Assembly (NCBI GenBank): GCA_001244265.2
Contig: CDLV01000010.1
Location: 558,001 to 622,000, forward strand
Direction of reading: 5' to 3'
DNA: 64,000 nt
Source: Microbotryum violaceum
Lineage: Eukaryota
This document shows, piece after piece, positions 11,675-23,587 of the stretch. The notes under the pieces were generated by a model. The model saw only the letters and a list, made by a program, of their open reading frames with translations. It was not told the origin of the DNA and searched no databases. The translations under genes and the position numbers were made by a program. Every line of letters begins with the position of its first letter. Position 1 is the first letter of the stretch.

Positions 11675-14600
11675 CTACTGCCCTCTCCTCCCCCAAGCTC
11701 CTCCCGCCCTCAGCTTCAACCTCTCCTCCAAGATGATCCTCCTCCTCCCAACACCCTCCATCCTCGTCCCCCACTTTTGCATCCCCCACCTCCCGCTGCT
11801 GATCATCTCCAAGACCAGCCCGGTGAATATTTCGATCGTCCTCCCGCGCTCCTTCTTGATCGCGTAGACTGGCCTTGAGCTTCGGAAGTCCGAACATGCG
11901 TTGAACAGCCGTGTAATGCGTGTTGTCGATCGTGTCGAGCCCCAGTGCGTCGCAGAGCACGCTCCTTGCCGCGATCCAAACGTTCCCAGAGTCAACGCAG
12001 TCGAAAAAGTAGTGGTCGGTGTCGTCCACCGGCGCTTCGCAGACGAGGCACGCGGGAGAAGTGTCGTGATTCTGTTGGTGTTGCAGCTTGCGCGTCGGGG
12101 TGAAGCGGAGAATCAGCTTGAACCAAACTTCCCTCTCCCTCGCCGTCAGTGCCTTCGAGTTGACCGCCTTCCAAAAGCTCCTGAGGTCGTCCGGCTGCGG
12201 TGGTCCCTTGAGCCCGAGCGTGTTGGTAAAGGCCTTCGCGTTCAGGACCCGGCGGATGCGACGGATGGTGTACGGTCGAGCCATGTTCAGCAGCTTGTAC
12301 TGGCTCGCCTGCTGTGGAAGCACCGGGTCCGGAAGGCGCTGCTCCATTGCGAAGCGGGCCACGGGCTTGGGGAGAATCGCCTCGAGTGGTGCGCTGGTGC
12401 CGATCCGGGGAGGCACGTTGAGCCGTCCTGCCGCCACCGCCACCGCCAAGGGCGTGTTCTTGTGTCGATCGACAGTGAACCGGTACCAGGCCGCGATTGC
12501 CAGTCGCTGCGGGAGCCTGCGTCGATCGTACTCGCTGTTGTCGCCGAGCACATCCGCCGGCGGCGTCCAAAGGTGAAACCCCCCACCCGCATACAACTCG
12601 CGCCGGTAAAGATCCGCCACCTTCGGGTAGCCCTGGAGACGAAGGTAGTCAGGTAGATGAACCGCGTCGATGGTCTGTCTCCCTCTGATGGGGGTGTGGA
12701 GGCTGCCGAGCAAGGTGGGAAGCGCGAGCAGGTTCGCGGTGGTCAAGGTCCTCGGGTTGACCTGCGCGTCTTGCTGTTTCGGAACCCCCAAAGCTGCTCG
12801 CCATCGGGGATGGAGGTCGCTGGGGATGGGAGTGGATGGATGTGGCCAGAGATCGGTGGCCAGGTCGAGGTCGGACTGAGCTCGCTGGAGTGCCGCGCGC
12901 GCAAGTCCTTGCCAGATCGCGCCCGAACCGCCGAGAAGAACGTCCCAGATCCGTGCCGCAACCGCGTCCACGACGTCCTGCATCCTGATCACCCGAGTCC
13001 CCCCTTGAGCTTGGCTGTGAACACGATATCTCTGCCGTAGCTGGTCCTGCCCTTGCCCCCACGGACGAAATCGACGAGCATGTCATCGAGCTTTTTGACG
13101 ACTTCGGGCGGCGGGATGTCGGCTGCAAGGAAGTGCAGGATCTTGGGGATGGCGTACCGATTGACGTAAAAGGCACGGGTGTGGTGTGTGAGCCAGCGAT
13201 GCTGAACCCCTTCCAGCGTCGCCTCGAGGCGTTCGATGAGATTCGCGTAGGCGAGTTCGGTGTCGCCGCTCGGGTCGAAGGGGAGGCCGATCCACTCGAG
13301 CGACTCGCCTGCGGCCTTGACGACGAGCGGGCGTTGCCCCGGGTCCCAGCGGCGTCCGATCGGTAGGACGACCGTCTTGTCCGTGTTGAGCCGGCCATTC
13401 GTTGCATGCCTCCAGTCGAGCGCCAGGTCATCGAGCAAGTTGAGTGACCCCAAGCTCGCGACGGCGACGACAACGTCATCGGCAAAAGCAAGCGATGTAA
13501 TGGCGCGGCTCTGTGGGTACGGATGAAGTGCAGGTATGGAGAGATTCAGCGCGATGTTTCGACGGTGTAGAGCATCCAGAAACGGCTGAAACACGATGTC
13601 CCAGACCGACGACGACGCCGGGTCCCCTTGGCCGAGCCCACACGTCAGTCGTACCGGCGCCGTCAAGAACCCATTGATGATGTAGCGGGCCGAGGTCGAG
13701 TCACCCGAGTAGAGCATCCTCAGCACGCGAAGAAAGGTGGCAGGAGCGCCCAGAGCGTCAAAGATGGCAAAGATCCAGTCATGCTCGACGAGGTCGTAGG
13801 CGGACGATTGGTCAAGAGATAAGAGTGCGGCCGCGGGGAACTCGGTCCTGCGCGCGCCAACTTCCTCGATCAGGAGACGAAGGTGTAGTGCAGCGTCAGC
13901 CGATCGGCGGTCCTTGACGAATCCGTGCTGCTGCGGCGGGAGGAGATCGGGTAGAATCTGGTTCAAACGGGCGACATAGACCTTGGTAAAGATCTTGTAA
14001 TCGCACTCGCGCAGGGTGATCGGCCGGTACGACGAAAGTTCGGCGCGATCGGCATTCTTCTTGTGTCGCTTGAAGATGAGGCGCACGAGTCCTTGGCCCT
14101 GCTTGGGAGAGAGTGAGCCTCGCTCTATCATCGTGTTGTAGGCCTTGGTCAGCACCTTGGCCCACGCCTTGGGTGCGGTCTGGTAGAGTTCGTAGGGCAC
14201 GCCCGACGGTCCCGGCGATCGCCCCGGGTGCGTCGTCCCGATCGCGGCCACGACCTCGTCCTCGGTGATTGGTCGCTGGAGTAAGTCGATCTGCGATTCC
14301 GAGAGTCGGCGCAGAAAGAGAGGATCCGAGCGCGGGTCGTCGCAAGTCCGCGCCGCCCTGATTGGCGCGAGGAATTCGTCCCGAAGTCGGTCGACGCGGT
14401 CCGGGTCACGAGGCTCGATGCGGTAGAGGCGCTGGAAATGCGCCTGCGTGTGGTCAAGAGCGACATCAATGTCATGCGTTAGCTCTCCGTTGCTCAAGCG
14501 CAGTGCTGTGATCTTGGAGTCCGAGTTCCGCGCCGCGAGCTTGGCGTGGACCGGCCGCGACAGTTGTTCCTCGGAGGCGATCTCGGGTACGTGGGCTCGG

Positions 14601-15693
14601 ATCCGGAGTAGGCGCGCGCGCTCCTCGACCGCCCGCTTGAGTTCCTCGGACGTCCTTGTCCATTCTGCCGTTTCCGCCTCCCCCATTCCGGTATCGCCTC
14701 CAGATCCTGCACCCTCCCCACCAAATACTCCATCCGTTCCGTCCGCTCCCGATGCAGCCTCCTCGCCATCTCCCCACCCCTATCCCTGCACGCCTTCAGA
14801 ATGACCTCGAGCTCCCCCACCGGTTCCTCCCCGCTTGCCCCTTCCAACCATCCTTCCATCATCCGCTGGAATTCCACCGTCTTAAAGGTTGTGGTGTTGA
14901 TTCGATGTAGTTGGTTTGATGTGGTAGGTAGGCTGAGCTGTGGGAGGGTCGCATCAGGATCGTCTGAGAGAGCCAGCACAATCAAGACCGGTCGGTGATC
15001 GGAAAGCTCCTTGGGATAGTCGTAGATCGTCGAGGCCTGATCGAGTCTTTTTTGGTGTGTCCGTTGCAGGAGAAAGTAGTCAAGCCGGGAGAAGGAGTTG
15101 GGTCGCTTGCGATTGGGATTAGGTCGAGTGAAGGATGGGGTGATGGGGTGTTTGTAGCGGATGCAGTCCGTGTAGGCCGAGTCGAGCTTGCCGATCAGGA
15201 TTGGCCAGTGGTGGCCGCGCCGACTTTGGTTCCGCCGATCGACTTCTGGGCGCGGGCAGTCGTTGAGATCACCGCCAAGGAGTCGGAGGTGGGATTTCTG
15301 TGTTTTGTGAAATAAGAGTTTGTCAAAGAATTTCGCTCGTTGCTTTGGGTCAACGGGCGCGTAAACGTTGTTGATTTCTAGAATTTTGATGTCGCCCCGC
15401 AGTCGAAAGGACGTGACGAGGAGCCGGCCGTCGAGTGCCGAGTGGGTGCGCAAGAGCTCGGCGTCGATCAGGGGGGAGTCAGCCGGAATTAGAGTCAGGC
15501 AATGTTGGTTGATGAAGAGCTTGCCCTCGTACTCGTCCTTGATGAGTTGCCAGAGGTGCGGTCTGATGAAGTGCTCTTGTATGAGAATGGCCGATGCTTT
15601 GAAAAGGGATAGGTAGTCGTAAATGTCACGTCGTTTCTCCGGGACCCCCATGCCCCTCCTCACGTTCCAGGTGATGATGGTGTGCTTAATCAT
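11675..15693 (-). CDS. LINE B ORF2 (APE endonuclease, RT, C-terminal CCHC finger); short frameshifts near 14686, 12990 and 11845
   Basis: [81 protein letters not shown]. Confidence 0.93.
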
Positions 15694-17942
15694 TAATGGG
15701 TAGTTGAGGTCGAAGCGCTCTTGGCGGTGGTGACGTCCTCAAAGAGGGGGAGGGCGGGCAGGACATCGTCCTCGGGCTCGTGGTCGGACCATCTTTTCTC
15801 CTCGGCTACCCCCTTTGCTTTCCCTCGGTCCACTTTCGTCACGCCAACCGGCATCGCCGCCGCCGCTGACATCGACCTCGTCACCCTCCGCCCCTCTGTT
15901 CCATCCTTGACAACGACGCGGCTCTTCCCTTTGATGATCACTCGCTTGGCGTCGGTCGGTTCGTCACTCGGGTCACTGAGGTCCGCCGCAGTCTGCGACC
16001 TCTTCATTACCGGCTTTTTGAACTTCGAAGCGGTCCCCCTGATATTGATGGAACGTATCTCACCGTCCTCATCCCACGTGGCAAAGTTGTGACGCACCAA
16101 AGGGGTTTCAGCGTCGAGCCTCCTCTCGATGCTTTGGTCCCGCTCGAGTCGTGCCTGCTCAACCCAGTTAGCTCTGATCCTGTCCCACTCCTCCCCCTCG
16201 CGAAGCGACTTGGCAAGAGTTTCGGGTGACAAAGGTGGGGTTGGTTCGTGGGGTGTCGTTTCGCGGGAAGCGGTGGCGGCGGTTGCGGTTGCGTCGCTGT
16301 CGTCGTCATTGTCCAGCCTGTTCGTCTCCCCTAAGTCCGTCGCTTCCGCGTTCTCCGCTTTCGTCGCTCCCCCTGCCTCGTCCACATCGTCCACCTCCGT
16401 CGCCACCTCCCTTTCCTCCATCTCCGTCGCCACCTTGCCTTCTGTTTCGCCCCTTCCATCCGCCATCACCTCATCCTCATCAATCACCTCTCCATCGGAT
16501 CCTCCGCAGTCCACTAAAACCGACTCGTCCTCGCTCTTAAGTTTGATGACCTCCGTTTTCACGGTCGCCTCTGATTCCATCTCCGAGTCCTCCGAGTCCT
16601 CGTCATCCGCCTTATCACCAGCGTCCTCCTCCCCCGATTCCTCTGGCCCCTGTCCGCTCTGGCCAGTTACCGCTTCCTCCTGTCCCTCCTCAACCTCGAG
16701 CCCGGCGAAGCGATTCTGTGATGCGATCCTGTTAACAACCGGCACAGGAATGGGGGCCTCGGCCTCCGCAATGTTGGTGTCGTTGGTGATGGTGTTCTTG
16801 TTGGCGTTGGTGTTGCCGTTGCCGTTGCCGTTGTGAGCCTCCTTTCGCTTGCTCTCCTGATCCAGTCCGCAGGTTCCCACGTGACCAACGAAGTGGCACC
16901 TACCGCAAGCCGCCTCCTTCTCATAGTCATGGCGAAGGGCGGTGACCGGGATGCCTCGAGTGGGAAGGCCGATTCTCGAAGGTAGGATCTCTTTCAAGGT
17001 CGTGTTAGGGCGTTTGAACAGGGAGTCGTCATCGAAGTGTAGGAAAGCTGAGTAGTCTCCGGCAACGTGGGCAAAGGCCGAGGCGTTGTCCACGCTGATA
17101 ATGCGCAGAACCTGCACAAGTTGGCACGAATGTCCCTTGCCTGACAAGTCCTGCACTAGTAATTGGAACGATTTGATGATGGCATCCATGGAAGGCACTC
17201 CTTGAACACCGACGTTGATTCGAAGCTCGACCATGTTATGGTGGAACCTGTGAGATTTCGCGAAGCGGGCCTTCGCCGATCGCCAAGTGAGAGCAGGGGG
17301 CGTCGTAAGCGCAGCGTCACGTGCCTCGCCGGTGACGAACCCAACGGTAACGCGATGGTGAGCCGCCCCATTACGCAGGATTGATGAATGTTGTACGCCT
17401 AGGATCTGTGGTCGATAGGCTGCAAGGTGGTCCGGCAGAGGAACTCCAGGCTCAAAGCAGATAGGAGAGATCGGCGATAACAGCCTCGTGACGCAGGCCA
17501 CGAGATCGGTCTTGTCGGCATGAGACGCTCGCGAGGCGCTCTGGTGAGACAGAGTCACTTCAAGGGCGTAATCAAAGATGTTCTCGACAGACCGGTTCGC
17601 GTTCAAGGCCGAGAATTTCAGCGATGTGGCGGTGGCGACGGGGTAGAGTTCGGCGAAGTAGATGGCCTGGACCCAACGATCCATGCGGTTTCCGGGTACA
17701 GCACCCATGGCTTGTAGGAGGCTGCCCAAAGCCTTGGCACGCTGTTGTTGTTGTTGCTGTTGTTCAGGTGACTGAGTCACCTGACTCGCAGCGGCGGCAT
17801 AGTTGGGTGCGGCGGTGGCGGGGCCCGTGGCTTGCGTCTTCTTCGAGCTTATCGGGATCTGGTCGCGAGGTGGCTGGACGCTGGTGGCGGACACCGGTGG
17901 TGGCGGTGCCAGCGGTGGGGACCCAGGGTCTCCTGTAGACAT
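15693..17942 (-). CDS. LINE B ORF1 (749 aa, gag-like with zinc knuckle and acidic tail)
   Basis: Intact [16 protein letters not shown]; stop overlaps the ORF2 start as TAATG. Confidence 0.9.
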   Translation of the reverse strand: MSTGDPGSPPLAPPPPVSATSVQPPRDQIPISSKKTQATGPATAAPNYAAAASQVTQSPEQQQQQQQRAKALGSLLQAMGAVPGNRMDRWVQAIYFAELYPVATATSLKFSALNANRSVENIFDYALEVTLSHQSASRASHADKTDLVACVTRLLSPISPICFEPGVPLPDHLAAYRPQILGVQHSSILRNGAAHHRVTVGFVTGEARDAALTTPPALTWRSAKARFAKSHRFHHNMVELRINVGVQGVPSMDAIIKSFQLLVQDLSGKGHSCQLVQVLRIISVDNASAFAHVAGDYSAFLHFDDDSLFKRPNTTLKEILPSRIGLPTRGIPVTALRHDYEKEAACGRCHFVGHVGTCGLDQESKRKEAHNGNGNGNTNANKNTITNDTNIAEAEAPIPVPVVNRIASQNRFAGLEVEEGQEEAVTGQSGQGPEESGEEDAGDKADDEDSEDSEMESEATVKTEVIKLKSEDESVLVDCGGSDGEVIDEDEVMADGRGETEGKVATEMEEREVATEVDDVDEAGGATKAENAEATDLGETNRLDNDDDSDATATAATASRETTPHEPTPPLSPETLAKSLREGEEWDRIRANWVEQARLERDQSIERRLDAETPLVRHNFATWDEDGEIRSINIRGTASKFKKPVMKRSQTAADLSDPSDEPTDAKRVIIKGKSRVVVKDGTEGRRVTRSMSAAAAMPVGVTKVDRGKAKGVAEEKRWSDHEPEDDVLPALPLFEDVTTAKSASTSTTH

Positions 17943-17998
17943 CTTGTCGGTGTATCACTTGTTAACTCGAGTATCGAAGACTGCGGTAGGGCGATTTC

Positions 17999-18078
17999 GA
18001 AGTGAAGTGAAGTGAAGTGAAGTGAAGTGAAGTGAAGTGAAGTGAAGTGAAGTGAAGTGAAGTGAAGTGAAGTGAAGT
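17999..18078. repeat. (GAAGT)16 / (CTTCA)n pentanucleotide tract at the 5' end of LINE B
   Basis: 16 perfect units. Confidence 0.98.
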
Positions 18079-18144
18079 TAGCGGACCCCCAAACAAATGT
18101 TAATATATTTGCATGTTGGCTAGGCATTCATATTAACGTCCGCT

Positions 18145-18262
18145 GCCCGGATGGTCTAGTGGTATGATTCGCCCTTAGGGAACTGAGCATCTTCACGCCT
18201 TGCTGGCGCACTGGGTGTATCTACTTTGGGCGAGGTCCCCGGTTCAATCCCGGGTTCGGGCC
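18145..18262 (+). tRNA. tRNA-Pro(AGG) with 46-nt intron (18181-18226)
   Basis: Acceptor GCCCGGA/TTCGGGC; A-box TGGTCTAGTGG; anticodon stem CGCCC/GGGCG with TT-AGG-G; T arm CCCGG-TTCAATC-CCGGG; intron at the canonical 37/38 position. Confidence 0.95.
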
Positions 18263-18278
18263 GGTATATCGGGTTCAC

Positions 18279-18283
18279 TTTTT
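18279..18283 (+). terminator. Pol III oligo-T terminator
   Basis: TTTTT beginning 17 nt after the tRNA end. Confidence 0.75.
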
Positions 18284-20078
18284 CTTGCCGCATTGTAGTC
18301 AGAGAAGTATTGCTCCCTTTTTTTCGTGCTACCTTTTTATGCCTGTATCAACAGATTATGTCTCTTTTTAGCGAGGCAGAAAAACTGGGATTGCAAGAAA
18401 GGGGATCAAAAACTAATTATCCACGGCCAAGTCCGTACCCGTCGCAGCGAATGTAAAAGCAAAGCAAGGGATGCACAACACACAGAGACACCCAAGTGGA
18501 CATCGAGGGAATTCAGGCAAAATTGACTTGCACCAAGAAGGGCTGCAACATTTCGCGCTTCGCCGTCTTGAGAGGGGCCCTTTGGATTGCAGCAGCGTCG
18601 ACGGCGGTTAGGGTCGGTTTCGGAGCAAGCCGGTTTACTTTCGGGAAGCAAAAGAGCTCACCTCTTCCCGTTCGTGATGGAGGCTCGAAGCAAGGTTTTG
18701 TTACGGTACTATCGGTGGACAAAACCGCCCCAAGGTTAGATTAGACGGACACGTGCGCTCTCGACATGTCAAAGGCTGACCATGGGCACGTTGGTCAAGC
18801 TCCCACCGCTCCTCATGACGGAAAGAAGCTCGGCGATGTTGACGTTGACCGTCCTCAACACCTTCTTGCACGAGGTGATGGTGTTGGGAAGACTGTGGAC
18901 CGGCTTGAGCTCTAGAGGGGAGATGCAAGGTTTCTCAGCATACGACTTCAATGCAGACACAGATCAAACTTACGCCACTGCAAGATGAACGACTGGTAAA
19001 AGATAACCTTTTCCGAGGAAGTCGACGTGAAAAATCGGTCCGGATTCGACAGCAGATCGGCCGTGTACGAGTCGGCGTAGGAAGAGTTGACCTCGCTCGA
19101 CTTCAAAGTCCAAATGTGGGCCTTGGGCGATAAGCATGCGCACCGCATCGCCCGGGGCGGGTTAGGCCGAACATTAGCCATGTATGAGATCGAGGATGGA
19201 GAGCAGGACCTACCGACGAGACTGATTCTACTCCAGCGCGCGATTTCGCTTCAGGTGGATGCTACAGGACTTGCAGAGTGCAGACCGAGTGCGAGGCAGA
19301 ATCGTCCCTCAAGTCAGCAATCCGGACCCGAGCGCTCGCTTGGGGCGTGCCAGCTGCTCTGGGAGGATGGCTTTGGTCTTACCTCACGATGGGTCAAGGA
19401 TTCAGCAGCAGCACGTAGACGAGGGGCCGCGTCAAGGTCGAGATGAAGTCGAGCCAGCGCATCCGAAAGCTGTTGACGACTGGAGGGGACGGCGGTTCGA
19501 CTCGACAAGGCGCTCAACGCCGAAATGGGGCGCTCAATCGGTTCCACACCGGCTCCACTGGCAGAGGTGGCAGCACCGTGCGGCCTGCGGCGACGGGTGC
19601 GACAGTCGAACGAGGACGACGCCTCAGACCCTTGGCTACTGTGGCCGCTGTCACTGCTCCTGGATGACGACGACATGGCTCTTGGCGCCAGTGGGTGCGA
19701 GACGCGAACGAACGCTGATCGCCGGTGTGCCTGACTTGGATGTGGGGGGGAGAGCAAGACAGAGCTGAGGGTAAGGGCGCTCGGGTAGCCACGCGTATGC
19801 GAACACTGGATCGCGGATGTGGGGAGGTAGGCGCACCCTACTCTATGTGGGCTCGGACTCACAGCTGATTAACCTGTTTAGAGGGATGAGACTAGAGAGT
19901 GGTATATGTAAAGCGAGTGGTAAGAATGGGAGAGGAGGAGAACAAAGTGGTCGGCCCTCGGGGGGGTTAACTGCCAACTGCCGGCGCCGCCGAGGAGGAT
20001 TGCAGCTGCACAGGCCTCAGGCACAGGCTCGGCTGCACTTTGCCCGTCGAGCGCCCGGTCGTGGACTGGCGACGCGGG

Positions 20079-20708
20079 TGTTGGTCCGAACCCCCATCAA
20101 AAAAAGGAGCTGGGCTGTTTTTGTCGTTTTTGTACAAAAAAGACAAAAAGGAAAAGAAAAAGAAAAAGAAGGGCATGAAAAACAACTAGCTTTTTACCTT
20201 TCCTTTATTTTTAAAAAGAAAGGCGTAAAAAAGGGAAAGGGGGGGGAGTGAAACATAAACAAAAAGAAGGGCAAAATAAAGGGAATCCCATTAGACCATG
20301 ACCCATTACTTCTCTAGCACCTGCCGGGTCCCTTTTACAAGCGGCGATAATCTGCTTTTTGTTTTATTTTCGAGACGGGCTGTTTTTGTCTCCTTTTTTT
20401 TGCGAGCAAAAAAAAAGACAAAAATCTCTCAAAAAAAAAAACAGGCAGGTACATTTAAGAAACTGCTCATCAATAGACGCATGCGATTATCAGAGACCGT
20501 GCAAGGACAAAAAAGGGTGAAAATTGTAACAAGACTAAAATCTGCCAAATCTAGGAATCGCACCTAGGACAATTGTTTACAAGACAGTCATTTTACTACT
20601 AAACTAATCTGACCAGAAAGGTTAACCATTCCATATCATTTTACTCCCGACATGGGGCGTACTTTCTTTCTTTCATTGCTAGCTTTTATGTTGGTCCGAA
20701 CCCCCATC
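20079..20708. mobile_element. AT-rich about 590-bp insertion flanked by a perfect 20-bp direct repeat
   Basis: TGTTGGTCCGAACCCCCATC at 20079-20098 and 20689-20708; two internal TTTTTGTC...GACAAAAA hairpins. Confidence 0.7.
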
Positions 20709-21468
20709 GAACGAGGTTTTGGGGAAGAGGAACCGGGCGGAATGCAGGATGGCTCGTGGGGAGCTCGCTTGTTTCGAGACCAGGTCGCAGCGAAACAAGT
20801 CGTAGCGGTTGAGGATCGGAATGATGGCGTCGCAAATGGAGCGAATCGGGTCAAGTTCGGCGCCTTCAAGCTTGTTCAACCAACGTCGCCTATCCGAGTC
20901 GAGGCTCGACTCCGAGTCGATGCAGGACCGTCGTGGCGTGTTCGTAACCGTCGATCTAAGTAGCGAATTGGAAGACTCACAGATCCAAATTTTCGAGCTT
21001 CGCCGGACGGTAACCTTTGTTACCGGTTGGCAGGTAGTCGCATCCCATCATCAACCCCACAACGAACCAGGCTCAGCTTCCTTTAAGTTCGCACCGGGCA
21101 GCTTTCCCTGACGTTCGAGCATTTCGAGGTCGACGACTCGAGTAACGCGAAGCTTGACGAAGGAAGCTGATCGGTATCTTACACGTTCGCTGCCGATCAT
21201 CATGAACAAGCTGGAATCCCTGCTGCCTAAGACGGTACGCTCGGCTTGAATGCGACTCCGCCGATGACCCCGAGTCGGGTGCTTGCCGCGATCAGGGGGT
21301 CGGCTTCGTACGCCGAAATGACGACGGTGGTCTCCGAGGATATGTCGAGGACTTGTCCCACTACGGTGAGCTCGCGTTGACCACCGAAGTCCGTGACACA
21401 TTTGTCAAGGATAGCTTGCTTCACCGTCCTCATCCGATTGCAACATCTAAGTTACATCTAAGTTAGTT

Positions 21469-23587
21469 CTTGGGATTGAGCCCAACGTGCCTTCATATAG
21501 CCCCCTGGTATCTCAATCTCCCAGCTCTAATTGTCTTCTTAATTCCTCTATTATTGCAGCGCTTCATAGTTAGCCTTCCGCGAGTCTGTCCCTTAGTCTC
21601 TGGCCACTCTGTTCTCGTCCCTGTTCATTGGACTGAGTCAGAGAACAAACCGTGAAAACATTCCTTCATACGTTCGGTGTGCCCGCTGAAGCTTCTCCTT
21701 CGGATTTTTTTTAGGGACAGACTTGTTGTGTCCTTGCGCGATCGTCATAATTGAAATTCCAAGGGAGGGATTGAAATAGAACTTCGAGAGGAGGGAGTGA
21801 GACGGTAGTACCCGCGGTGTTCGTCGCGTCAGACGTGAACAAGTTGCGCGTGACGGGGACCGGCGCGCTCCTGGCTCACCAGCTCGATCTGACCCCTCGG
21901 AATCACTCCGAACCATGGAAGGGAAAGACAAACAATGGGTCCTTCGGACTCAGAGTAGTAGGCGCAGATGCGTTAAAATACGGGAGTCGTTTTACAGCCA
22001 AACATAACACTGCTTTGTTCATTGTTGCTGCTACAAATCAAGTCGACTTGGGGACCTCGGGTGACTGAGGGGACTTCTTTCGGAAGACCGTGGCGCCGAG
22101 GAAGCTGCGATACCGAGCGGCGGCATCGCGGGCTGGCGTCATTGGCACGGGTGAAGCACGCTCGTAGAGCTTGACCTCGAATCGCTTGATAAGCGCCAAG
22201 CGTAGCCTCAGCTCGAGCATCAAAGCGCCCTCAGCCCCCTCTCACCTCTTTCTCTCTCCTTCCTTCTTCGTCGTTGAGAATATCTCTCACCTGGATCCCC
22301 CACCACTGGGCCGTAACCTACTAGGGCATGGACGCAGCACCGAGGCGGTAGGTGGTAGAAGTCGGCAGTAGTGTACCATGATCCCCCGTGAGTGGACCCC
22401 TCCCACTCGTTGCAAGCACCACCGTCGCTGACTTGGGCACTGCCCTCCTCCCGTCTTGACTAGGATCATCACGAGCCTCCGATCGCACGCTCGTGATTAA
22501 AGAGGGGCCCAAGGCAGTCCTGGCTGTCTTGCAAGGCAGAAAGTTTGGGAGAGGTTTTTGGTTGTCACTGTATCGGTTCAGTCCCGCTTGTGGCCACTTC
22601 CAAGCATGCACCGCAACTGCCACCGCAGCTGCCACCATCGGCCGGACCCGACCTCATTCGACGGACTTGGGCTCCACCTTGCTCTCACATTCACCTTCGT
22701 ATGCCCGTTCATCTTCATCCACTTTCAAATAGCACCCTCCCCACCAAACCATCACCACCTCCATCACCAGTTTCACCTCCATGTCAGAATCTCGTTTTTA
22801 CCTTTACCCTTACCCTTCACCTCCGTCACCCTTCACCTTCACTTCCACCTCGAATCGCCTCCACCTCCACTCCACCCCTTGCCTTCACCTCTACATCAGT
22901 TCCTTCTCCTTCCGCCCCTCGCATCTCCACCTTCGACGTACCCTCCTTTCATGCTGCTCTTCTTTGATTTTGGTTCCGACCGTCAACCTGGCCTTCGACC
23001 CACCTAATTCCTCTTGCTCATGTCATCCACCTTCGCCTCCCCTCGGGGATTTGGCATCACAAGGGGGATTCCTTGCGGCCATTCGTCAGTTCAAGACAGC
23101 ATGACGGGTATCATTGATGATCAACAACTTTGTCCGCCAAAAGTGAGTCTTGTGCGCACCAAATTTGACTATCTACTAGTAGTTCCCCCTGCAGTGCTCG
23201 ATCGTGAAGTTGCGAGCTGCTGCTAACATGGCCCGGGTCACCCGCTGCCAACAGCTGCTTCAACTGACAACGCGGCGGGACAGGTCAGACTTGTCGCAGA
23301 AATGCTCTCAAGTGGAATCTGATGATGACCACGACTCAGTCCAATGAACAGGGACGAGAACAGAGTAAGGTAAGATTCCAAAGAGCTGACCTGATCATGA
23401 CCACGACTCAGTCCAATGAACTGAGGGAGTCAGGGACGAGAACAGAGTGGCCAGAGACTAGGGGGTAGACTCGCGGAAGGCTAGAAAGTAAAGCGTAAAG
23501 CTAATAGGGAGAGAGAGTAGAGACTAGTAAAGCAGGGAGATTGAGTGACTAAGGAGTGAATGACACGCCGCTAGGCTCAATCCCAAG
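21469..23587. mobile_element. Non-autonomous long-TIR element (about 170-180 bp imperfect inverted repeats)
   Basis: 21469-21639 is the imperfect reverse complement of about 23405-23587 (CTTGGGATTGAGCC / GGCTCAATCCCAAG); partial extra TIR copy at 23326-23367; no TSD or transposase recognised. Confidence 0.75.

Larger units (their letters stand above)
11016..18094 (-). mobile_element. LINE family B, full-length copy (about 7.1 kb)
   Basis: (CTTCA)16 head, ORF1, ORF2 (APE-RT-zinc finger), about 650-nt 3' UTR, T14 tract at 11016-11029; exact 5' boundary uncertain (18078-18094). Confidence 0.96.

Noticed and set aside
16129..16836. Long antisense ORFs here and across the window
   Set aside because: Shadow frames of GC-rich coding sequence
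1..18100. Telomere-elongating (HeT-A/TART-like) or telomeric-repeat-targeted array
   Set aside because: No TTAGGG-type repeats at junctions, and the 5' ends face the gene-rich side, opposite to the HeT-A arrangement
18406..18722. CCNPKGPSQDGEARNVAALLGAS resembling a Fanzor/TnpB C-terminus fused to the PIN nuclease
   Set aside because: The stretch straddles a GTGAGC..CTAAC..AG intron, the spliced frame reads differently, and no RuvC-I/II motifs were found
9257..20098. Shared ACCCCCA motif near three junctions (about 9259, 18085, 20090) as an endonuclease target
   Set aside because: Short, absent from the other junctions, and at 9259 it is simply internal B sequence
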